A DNA stretch of 64,000 nucleotides from Prorocentrum cordatum (taxonomy: Eukaryota): NCBI GenBank assembly GCA_963575745.1, contig CAUYUJ010000026.1, positions 496,001 through 560,000 of the forward strand. The letters run 5' to 3'. Shown one piece after another: positions 37,246 through 47,659 of the stretch. Under the pieces are notes generated by a model. That model was not told where the DNA came from and searched no databases. It saw nothing but the letters and a program-made list of their open reading frames with translations. Every line of letters starts with the position of its first letter. Position 1 is the stretch's first letter. A program made the position numbers and the translations under genes.

Positions 37246-39911
37246 CGGGTACCGATACGGCTACCCTTCCTTCATTCGGATCCTTTTGGGGACCTCGACG
37301 CCACGGCTGCATTCGCCTCGAAAGTCTGGTCAGGACGCACCCCAGGTCAGAGGAGAGGTCCAGGGAACGGCGGTCTGGTTACGTGTTGGCCCACCAAGGC
37401 AGGAGCCATCCCAAGCTAGCCTTGGGGGACGAGGGCAGGAGAAGTAGGAAGAGGAGGCGGGAGCGCGTTCTGTGGACGCTTGAAGGGGGGGGTCGAACAG
37501 GGGGGCCGTCCCAGAATTGCATTCCGTCCCCAACCACGGCGAGCGTTGGCGCCGTCGGGCAGCGATGACGACGATGACGACGACGACGACGATCGATCTT
37601 GAGTAGTGCTCTGAAGGCTGGATCGAGCCCGAGTGCGATTCTAGTCGAGCTTGATCGAGCCTAGGTTGATTTCAACTAGAGCTTGATCTAGATATGGTAG
37701 TGTCCAACCGCCAAAGTGGCATCGATCCTCTTCAGGATTCAAGTCGAGCTGGATCCAGCTTCAGTAGGAGAGATGGACCGAGCGCGACTAGGATGATATC
37801 ACACGATGGTTGTGGAAAGCAGGTGTTTCTCGACTCTCATATTCCAATATACTTCAGGCACCTCCCTACCTCAACAATCGATATGCTTATGTTGAGCTGT
37901 GTACTTGTCTGGGAGTGCCTGAGCCCAATCTAGTTGATCCGCTTTCCTACTTCAAGTTGTGTACCTACCTTTTCTGGCCGACGTGTACTATTGGATCCAG
38001 CTGTAGTAAGATCCCGTTATAGCTGCATCGAGGGCCCCCTCCGCCCCCCTGGTTCGACCCCTCCCCCCTGCACAGAGCCCCCCCTCGGTTCGACCCCCCC
38101 CGCCCCCCTGGGAAGAGGAAGGGGGAGCGGCTCGAGAGGCCGATGTCCGCCCCCCTCCCCGTTCCGACCTCCTCCTCCTCCTCCTCCTCCTCCTCCTCGT
38201 CCTCCTCCTCCTCCTCCTCCTCCGCCTCCGCCTCTGCCTCCTGCGCCTTCTCCTCTTCCTCCTCTTCCTGTGTCTAGGGATTTGTCGACGCACGAAACAC
38301 GTTCCCTCCACGCACAATGGTCAGCCAGAGGAGTAGTACGACGAGGGAGGCAGGAGGACAGGGGCGACGGAGGGATGGAGGAGGGGGAGGAGGAGGAGGA
38401 GGAGGAGGAGGAGGAGGAGGAGGAGGAGGAGGAGGAGACGGAGGAAGAGAACAGGGAGGAGGAGGAGAAGAAGGACGATTGTGGGCAGGAGGAAGGGGAG
38501 GAAGGCAGGAGGCGCAATAGGAGCAGCAGCCCTTCCTCGGCCCTCCCGGAACACTATCTCCTCTCGCCCCCTTCTCCTTCCCCTTTTCGCACCTCAGCAG
38601 TGAATTGGCTTGATATGAAGATAAGGCCTCAGATCCTTCACAGTCGTCTGCATTGTGTTCACCGTCTCAGCGACCAGTAGCCGCCGTTCCTCTCTCCTCT
38701 CCTTCTCGTCGTCTTCCTCGCCCTCTTCCTAAAGTCGTCCTCCTTAGCCCCTCCTCCCCCCAGGAGGAGGCTAAGATGTTGCCGACTCCTCGTCCACCTC
38801 TCGCTCCTCTCCTCCTCGCCTACCTCGTTACCCCTCCCCAGTCCTCATTACTGCCCCCGTCTCTGTCGTCTTCATGCCCACGGCTGCTCCATTGTATTCC
38901 TCTCTTTTCCACCACCTCCTCCTTCTTCCTCCATGCACCCTTCTCCTCAATCCTCCTCACCAATCCTGCTCTTCCTCCTTCTCCTCCTCCTGCTTTCTCC
39001 ATCGGCGACGACGTCGCCAAGAGCGCGTAAGAGCGGGCGCGGGTTCTGCTCAGGAGATCGTCAGTCGGGACACGCCCAACGTTGCCATTGGTAGCGCACC
39101 CGCCTTAGGATGCCCTGGTCCGATATGCTTGCCGGGACTCGACGGATCGAAATGCCTCGTTCCTCCTCCCCGTCCTCTTCCTTCCCGTCCTTCTTCTCCG
39201 TCTCCCTTCTCCTCCACGTCCTCCTGCTCCCAATGCTCCTCCTTCCCTCTCCCCTCCTCTCCCCGATGTTTTGGCGGGGGGCGGAGGAGCGGCCCGGGTC
39301 CTGCCACTCATTCTCTTGTTCTTCCCCTCTCTGGCTATCAGACAGCACCACGGGGTGCCCAGACCGTCGAAGAGACCCAACATGACGCCCCGCAGACAGC
39401 TGCGACGTGTTTCTTTTGAAGTGCCTCTAGCGCTGCGTCACTGATTGTAGAGATGACGTTTGCAATCGCGCCCGTCCATTACCCTTGCCCGCGAATGTCC
39501 TGGGCAGCGTGCCTTGGAAGTTCAATGCGTAGCCGTACCGGCTTCTCGTTCATCACTCGGGAACAGGTGCGTCCCCTTGGAACCGAATTGGAAACATCCC
39601 GGGTAAGCGTGGCATGTCAAAGACCCGTTCGCTGGTTCCCCAAACTGCGTGCGCATGGACGTTTGGCCCGAAGGCGGATGCCCGTGGGCCCTCCGTGGGC
39701 GCCCCGCGCGCTGGCCGGGGCCGTCGGGGCCTTCGCCGCGTGGGCGCCCCGTGGGCGCCTCGTGGGCGCCGCGTGCGCTCGGTGGGTGCCCCGTGGGCGC
39801 CTCGTGGGCGCCCCCCTGCGCGGGCTGGGCGCTCCAGCTCTCCAGGGGCTCCGCCCACTGCCCGGACGTGGGCGCCCCGTGGGGCCCTGCACCACTCGAC
39901 TGGACATGAGA

Positions 39912-40079
39912 CATGAGAGTGACCTTTCGCCAGAGTGACCTTTGGTGCGGGCACAGATGAGTCCCCAGATGGCTGAACACGAAGCAGTAGCAGCTGGTTG
40001 CGCGCCCAGGTTGGGCCCCCCGCGGCCCCCAAAAAGCCGCGCACCAAAGGTCACTCTTACCCAGGGTCACTCTTGCGTG
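39912..40079. mobile_element. MITE family D, copy 1
   Basis: TIRs contain a doubled GAGTGACC motif: GAGAGTGACCTTTCGCCAGAGTGACCTTTGGTGCG ... CGCACCAAAGGTCACTCTTACCCAGGGTCACTCT. Confidence 0.8.
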
Positions 40080-43000
40080 TAGTCGAACCACGGAGCCTGC
40101 AATCCATAATTTGCACGAGGAATAGTGCACCACGCAGGGTGCAGACTATGAGATGCGCCGCATCTACCGCACCACGAAGGTGGCAGAACATTGCACGCAG
40201 CAGATAGCTTGCGCCGAAGACCTTGTACCACAGGAGCGCCACCAGACTTATTGCGCCGTAAATGCGGCAACACATGCGGCTCATTGACCGCAGTCCGTGT
40301 GTTGCACCACGTATGTTGCAACACGTAGCTTGCACCAGATGGCCTGCACCGCGTAGCATGTACAGAAGATCGAAGACGCCGACGGCGAAACACCGCCGCC
40401 CTCTGTCTTTTGAAAACGCCCATGCGGACAAACGTTGGGTCGAAGCCTGGCGAAGCTGTTGGAATATGGGTTTCCCCAATCGTTGTGGAACCTCTTCGGG
40501 AAACACTTTAGAGAGGAAGGCACAGGAGGAGAGGGAGGATAATGATGACGGGGAGGAGTAGGAGGAGAAGGATGAGGAGGACATGAGTAAACCCACAACC
40601 CATCAACAATGTTGCAATCGACCCTCCCTCCAAGATCCCACTTCAAAGGCCCCTACAAGAGTGCACTCTCTTTGGAGGAAGTGCCCCGTTGGAAAACAAT
40701 AGTTTCATACTCTCGAATTGTTTCAGAACGCGATGCCTGGGACTTGCACGCCGCGAGTCACCGTTGTTGTTGTTGCGTCTTGACCAAACCTCAATCGCTC
40801 CAGTACACCATTCCTGGGGATTCTGCACCACGAATCAACATAACTGGTGCGCCCTGACAATCCGACATCGAGCCAAAACGCTATTTGCGGCACGTGAACC
40901 GTGAGAATAGCTTACACCGCTGCAAACTCTGAAAATGAATGTGCGCGACGCTGAGGCGAGAGCCACATTTTCGAGTAGGATCCGCCCTCCATTTGCGAAC
41001 CACTTGCAATGTTCAACACGAATGTGCGCGGCGCTGACGAGAGCCACACGTTGAAAACGACCTGTCCCCACTGCGTGAAACCACTGCATTCGGTAAAGAA
41101 ATACGCGCGGCGCTAAGCGAGAGCCACATTTCAAACAAGACTTGTCCTCAATCCGCTAGTGCTGTGCAACTGTTAAATACGAATTTGCGCGACGCTGGTG
41201 CGAGAGTCACATGTTTTAAACGAGCAGCTCTCTGTCCGTGAAATTGTTACGCATTCAAAGTTTCAGGATCATGCGTGGTGACGAAGCTTCAGGCGAAACG
41301 CCCGACCCGCCCGTCCTACTGGCCTCGGGGTGCGACAGGGAGGAGTTACTCAGAAGGAGAAAGGATGGAGGAGGAAGAAGAGAAGGCCTCTTAAGGTCCT
41401 CTTGGGGCCTCTTGGGGGCTTCCTTGGAGCCTCCTGGGGGCATCTGAGGTGGCCTCTTGGTGTCCTCCTGGGGTCTCGTGGGGTCCTCTTTGGGGCCTCC
41501 AGGGGCATCTAAGGGACCTCTTGGCAGGTCGTCTTTGGGCACTCTTTGGGCATTCGTACATCCCTCCTTAGGCATGGGCCGTCTTAGATGTTTATAGGGC
41601 CGTCTTGGAGCCGTCTTGCGGGACTCTTGGGCCGTATTCGGATTCTTTTGGGCCGTCTTGCGGGCCTCTTGGGACGATTTCGGAGGCTTACCGGGCCGTC
41701 TCTTGGAGCGCAGGAAGCTCGAAAAGGTTGCGAAACTCATTGAACAACCTAAGGTGAACACATGATTTTTGGGCTCCCGCTGGCTTGGGCTCCTCTTGAG
41801 CTGTCTGTAGGCTATCGTGGAGCGTGCTGGGACTGTCTTGAGCCATCTGGGACATCCTGGGGCCATCGTGGGTAAACTTGGGGCCATCTTCGCCGTCTTG
41901 TAGGCCATCTTCGCCGTCTTGGAGGTCATTTGGACCCTTCTCTTAAGCGAGAGCGCCGACTGGAGACAACTTTTCGGCGCGGTCAGCGGAATGGGCCGGG
42001 ACCTCTTTGGAAATAGTTTGATAGAACCAAGACGCAAACATTTGGCACGTTGTCCACCGCTGTGGCAAGCCACAGGGGGGCAGCGGATCTGGTGGCCTTT
42101 GGCCCATCCCGCCGTCGTGCCTGGGTCGTTGTCCGAGGGCCTTCGAGGGGCCTCCTTGGGGCGTCTCGGGGGCCTCGTGGAGGCCCTTTCTGGGCGACCT
42201 CTCGGGGTCTGTGGTGGCCTCTTGGGTGCCTCGGCCCCAAGATGCCCCCAAGACGGCCTCAAGAGGAGGATCACGAACTGACATGTGGAGCCTTCCGCCC
42301 CAAGATGAGCCCCGAGCCATCCTCCAGGCGCCCACGAGGATCCCAAGCGGTCCCAGGAGGGCCTCCCACGCGGCCTGTCAGAGCCCTCTGGTCAACGACC
42401 CAGGCATGGTGGCGGGATGGACCGAATGCCTCCCATTACCCTTCGCAGTCTGCAAGATCCCATTCTTTGGGTCTCACGCTGGCACTATACATATAACGGC
42501 GCCCGGGCCCGGAGGCCAAGGGCCGGGCCCCCGACCGCAAATACGGGGCCCAGGAGCCCAAGAGGGCCCCAAGAAGGCCCCAAGAAGAGCCAAAGGCGAA
42601 GATACTGCCCCAAGATGCGCCCAGATGGCCCCGAGAGGCCCATGAGAAGGTCCAAGAGACCTCACCAGGTTGCCGCGACACGACCTCAGGAGGCGAAACT
42701 TGTTATTTTGTGTTTGCTTTTTGTAGTTTTCGTTGTCTCGGCATTCCTATGTTTTCGACGGGCCAAGGACGGCCCAAGAAGCGGCGTAAACCACCACATC
42801 ACGTCCCAAGGAAGGCCCTGGAGATCCCCAAGGCGGGCCGAGAGCAGACCGAGACGGCCCCAAGAAGGGCCAGAGAGAGGGCGCACGAAGGAGACCCTCG
42901 AGGTCTCCGCCCCAAGGGTGCCCCCGGAGCGCCTCCAGAGCCCCAGGAGAGGCCCAAGACATGGCCCGAGAAGCCTCCCGAGGTGCCCCTGAGGCGACCC

Positions 43001-43180
43001 CAACGGAAAATACAACGGTCGGAGGTTGGGGGTTCGAGCACTTCAAGGTTTCCGCCCCAACTTCGAGGTTTCCGCCCCAAGGTGCCCCCAGAGCGCCTCA
43101 AGAGGCCCAAGAGAGGCCCTTGCAAGGGATGGCCCAAGAAGCCTCCCGAGGTGACTCTGAGGCGACCCTAACGGAAGATA

Positions 43181-44879
43181 CAGCGGTCGGAGGTTGGGGG
43201 GGCGAGATCGCAGTGGAACGGAGACCCCCCACCGGGAAACCGTTTCGTTTCGTTCGTGTCGTGCGTGCGGGCGGGGCGAAGCTGCGTGGGCGCGCGAGAG
43301 GAATGAACCATTCCGTCCGCCCGTCCGTCCGGCGGTGGCCCTAGCGGTGTCCCGCGTTGTCCCGTGTTGTCCCGTGGTGTCATATGGTGTCCCGTTGAGT
43401 GAGATCGATAGCGAGGCCGATAGTGAGACCGATAATGAGATCGACAGGTGTCCCGTGGTGTCCCGTGATGTCCCGTGGTGTCCCGTGGTGCCCCGTTGAG
43501 TGAGGTCGATAGTGAGATCGATAGTGAGATCGACAGGGTACCCGTGGTGTCTTATGGTGTCCCGTTGAGTGAGGTCGATAGTGAGATCGATAGTGAGATC
43601 GATGTGGTGTCCCGTGGTGTCCCGTGGTGTTCTATGGTGTCCTGTGGTGTCCCGTGATAGTGAGATCGATAGTGAGATCGACAGGTGTTGCGTGGTGTCC
43701 CGTGGTGTCCCGTGGTGTCCCGTTGAGTGAGATCGACAGGTGTCCCGAGGTGCCCCGTGGTGTCTTATGGTGTCCCGTTGAGTGAGATCGATAGTGAGAC
43801 CGATAGTGGGATCGAGAAGTGTCCCGCGGTGTCCCGTGGTGTCATGTGGTGGCCCGTGGTGTCCCGTGGTGTCCCGTTGAGTGAGATCGACAGTGAGATC
43901 GACAAGTGTCCCGTGGTGTCCCGTGGTGTCCTGTTGAGTGAGGTCGATAGCGAGATCGATTGAATCTGATGTTGGTTCCCCCCTATCCCCCCCCCACAAC
44001 CTCCTTATCACCCAAAGGGTGGTCGTATAGGTCTATCTCCATATTGTCGTAGGTACGAACATCTGAGAGGGGAGAGGGGGGGGGAGCCAGCATCTGACTC
44101 AATCGATCTCGCTATCGATCTCACTCAACGGGACACCACGGGACACCACCGACACCTGCCGATCTCATTGTCGATCTCACTCAATGGGACACCATGGGCC
44201 ATCACAGGACACCACGGGACACCGCGGGACACTTCTCGATCTCACTATCGGTCTCACTATCGATCTCACTATCGATCTCACTCAACGGGACACCATGGCA
44301 CACCACGGGACATCACAGGACACCTCGGGACACCTGTCGATCTCACTGTCGATCTTACTATCGACCTCACTATCGATCTCACTCAACGGGACACCACGGG
44401 ACACCACGGGACACCTGGTGATCTCACTGTCGATCTCACTATCGATTTCACTCAACGGGACACCACGGGACACCTCGGGATTCAGTATCGATCTCGCTAT
44501 CGATCTCACTATCGATCTCATTCAACGGGACACCACGGCACACCACGGGACATCGCGGGACACAGCTAGGGCCACCGCGGGACGGACGGACGGACGGACG
44601 GACGGGGCAACAACATTTGTCTTGACTTCGCCCCAGCAGCGGCGGACACCACGGGACACCGCGGGACACCACGGGACACCGCTAGGGCCACCGCCGGACA
44701 GACGGACGGACGGACGGACGGACGGACGGTGGAGCAACATTTGTCTTGACTTCGCCCGAGGCAACGGCGGGTTCATTCCCCTCGCGCGCCCACGCAGCTT
44801 CGCCTCGCCCGCACGCACGACACGAGCGAAACGAAACGGTTTCCTGGTTGCGATCTCACCCCCCGACCTCCGACCGCTG
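43181..44879. mobile_element. Foldback-type element: ~800-bp inverted arms containing tandem subrepeats, ~80-bp spacer
   Basis: Starts CAGCGGTCGGAGG and ends CCTCCGACCGCTG. Arms are built from GTGTCCCGTG and GATAGTGAGATC units on the left and their reverse complements on the right. Complementarity continues inward to ~43985/44075. Confidence 0.9.
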
Positions 44880-46280
44880 GATTCGACTTTCCAGACTTCC
44901 TGCGCGCCAAATACTGCACAAGAAGCGCCGTCAACTACCACAGGTCGTCCCAAAGAAGGCCCTGGATCCGAGGCGGGAATTTATTCATACCCACCGCCTG
45001 GAGGGTCAGTTTTCGGAGCCTCGGCAGGCGGTGGATGTGGATATAGTCGGGCCCCCGGGGGCTCACTCACTCACTCGCTCAACACAAAATTTCCGAAGTT
45101 CCGAAACCACAAAAACTCCCGGGGGCCGAAATATTGATTTATATATATATATATATATCCATATCCATATCCATATCCATATCCAGATCCACCGCCCGCT
45201 GGGGCGCCAGGACGTCGGCTGCCAGGCGGTGGATATGGAGAAAACCTCGCCTCGCACCGGAGGTCCCAGAGGCGGCCGGAGAGGAGACCAAGACGGCCGA
45301 AGAGGGCTTCCAGTCGGCCTCGGGAAGGACCGAAAGAGTGGGAGCGCGAAGGAGCACTCCGAGGTCAGACAGACAGACAGACAGAGCCCGCGCCGAGGCA
45401 CCTACGAGGGGTGCGGCGGGTGGTCGCCGGGGCGCCGATAAGGGTTGGCCGCGCAGAAACAGCCGGAGTTGGAGCGGTAAGAGCGAGAGTCGGAAAGACT
45501 CGGAGACGGTGACGGAGCCGGAGTCGGAAAGATGCATTGTATAGCCGGAGTCGGAAAGATGCACTCCGAGGTCAGCCGGCCCCAAAGTCCAAGGAGACGC
45601 CCCAAGAGGCCCTGGAAGGTGGCCGCACGACGACCCCAGGAGGCCAAAACTGTGCAGGGTTTTGTAGGTGTTCGCTGTGTTGGCTCGTGCATGAGTTCGA
45701 CGAGCAGAGTCGGCCCAACAGTGGCTGTGAACCACCACGGGGCATCCCAAAGAAGGCCCTGGAGAGCCCCAAGGCGGCACCTTGGAGGTCATCTTGGGCT
45801 CTCCGAGGCTCTCTTGAAGCCATCTTGGGCCATCTTGGGCGCTCATATCGGTGGACTCGAATTGGTCCGCAGCACCCGTCCAACCTTAGAGCGCCCACTG
45901 CTACTTCCAACATTTGTCTACAAGTTCCAACGCACAGCTCGATGCAGCGGCAAACGCACTGACCCGTGATCCTGACCCTCAGGTATATTCACGGGCGCAT
46001 CGTGTTGCGTGTCTTGTTTCCTACGTTCGACATCGCGGAAAGCCAGCTCACCGCGAGTAAGGACTTGAGTTGAATTTTGGCCGCTCGCCGCGTTTCTGGC
46101 CTCACCTAAAACCTAAGCGAGCGCGTAGCGCGCGGGTGGTTCTAATCAGATGTATGGGTGACCCTGAAGTTTTGGAGTGACTCATATTTCCCGCAGTGAC
46201 GAAAAGTCTGATTGGATTTGGCGCCCGAGACCATAATATGACTAGCGGTGCTGAAGACATTTGCGCTAACCCCGATACGT

Positions 46281-46316
46281 ACGTAGGCAACTTGGCTCGG
46301 ACCAGCCTTACTCAAG
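46281..46316 (+). other. Two tandem degenerate spliced-leader relicts
   Basis: ACGTAGGCAACTTGGCTCGGA matches CCGTAGCCATTTTGGCTCAAG at 14/21. It is followed directly by CCAGCCTTACTCAAG, 10/15 to CCATTTTGGCTCAAG, without gaps and 16 nt before an ATG. Confidence 0.6.
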
Positions 46317-46332
46317 CACCGATTGCAGTGCA

Positions 46333-47659
46333 ATGCATCTTGGCCTGGTCGGCTACCCCTGTGCGATCCAGGCGCAGAGTCCGCGATTCGCTGGCGCAGT
46401 CGAAGTAGCCCAAGCTTACGCAGCAGATGTGCACGCTCATGTCCGAAGCCACATCGGCTTGACTCGTGCCGAAGTGCATGTTACCCTCTGGGGCTGGATC
46501 GGGCGCTTCAAGACGCATTTGCTCAACACGTATTCTGGCAAACCGGTTGAAGCAGCACAGTTTGGATCAGCGCATTGCTGATCTACCTCGAACGCAAGCG
46601 GTATTCGCGGGCAGTCGGTGTCTTCTGTTTGGTGTGAACGGCAAGGTCCGTGGACGAATTCTGGAAGTCGCTGCGCGAGAAAGGGATCGATCGTTGCATC
46701 CGTCTTGCAGGATTGTGGGCGCGCAGGACACTCTAAAGCTCCCAGGAAGTGACGCTCCGTTCGGTTGGTTGCGGGTTGATGGCCTCGGCTTTGAAACCCG
46801 AGTGGAGCATAAGTCAGCATAGCTGTCTTGGGATAAGTCTGGTAAGCGTCGGACCGCTACATTTCAAGGTATCAAGATTGATCAGCACGATGAACTACAA
46901 TTGGCATTATTAACGCCACCGGCAGTGCTTTGTTTTATCCTTGGAGATTCGGCTTGGCCCATTGTTGGCAAGGCATGTGGACGAAAAGGGAGGATCATCC
47001 GTCTAGTAGGACCGTGCGGGAAATTTCATGCCGACAGTGCGTTGCAGAACATGGTCACAAAGGTTGCTGCAGTGAGTTCAGTGTTTTCGAATCCTTACGA
47101 TGATCCGATATTCAAGTGGGCAGCAGCTTCGTGTACATCCCGCACACATGAGATCTACGCGGCCCTCGGGTGCCCATTCAACGGCTTAGACATCCGTTCG
47201 CGAGGCATGTTGTTCGAAACCATCGCGCGAACCCGTGACGCTGAGCGGCATACTGAGTCTGATGCTGACCACGCAGATGTATGTTTTGGCGCTGATGGGA
47301 GGCAGTTGCATGCCTCGATTCGCAAATATGATTGGAAGAGAACACACAGTCACAGTAGATCTCACGTAAGAGTTGAACACAATTCTGCCCAAGTAACATT
47401 GGACAGCACAAACAGGCGTTGGAGAGCTGAATGGAAGGGGGTGGTGTCAGACAATCACGACGAGCTGCAACTCACATTGTACTCGCCGAAGGCTTTGCGC
47501 ACATTCATTCACGATGGCTCTACAAGACTATTTAGAAGTTCCGAGCGTGACGTGGAATTTTCGGGGCCCAAGGGCGAACATGACATTCCCCGTTGTATGT
47601 CTGTACTATTGCATAAACTTGTCGTGGTTTTCGGTTCGCCAGCGACCGAATACTTTTGA
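46333..47659 (+). pseudogene. Intronless processed pseudogene with two tandem ~184-aa domains, putatively PD-(D/E)XK nuclease-like
   Basis: ORFs 46466-46822 and 46901-47659 share a frame and are separated only by TAG at 46820-46822. An internal duplication with ~552-nt period is visible (RVEHKSA*/RVEHNSAQ; HDELQLALLTP/HDELQLTLYSP). The ATG at 46333 probably joins this frame through a frameshift near 46563. SL relicts lie just upstream. Confidence 0.65.

Noticed and set aside
35969..37568. Long Pro/Ser/Leu/Glu/Arg/Gly-rich ORFs; similar ones at 625-1311, 47761-49309, 51444-53000 and 59608-60648
   Set aside because: Stop-free microsatellite frames open on several strands, with no domain signal.
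43340..44690. CRISPR array or repeat protein (DLTIDLTQRDTTGHHGT ORFs)
   Set aside because: No unique spacers and no cas genes. The units are tandem subrepeats of an inverted-arm element, and the ORFs arise from repeat periodicity.
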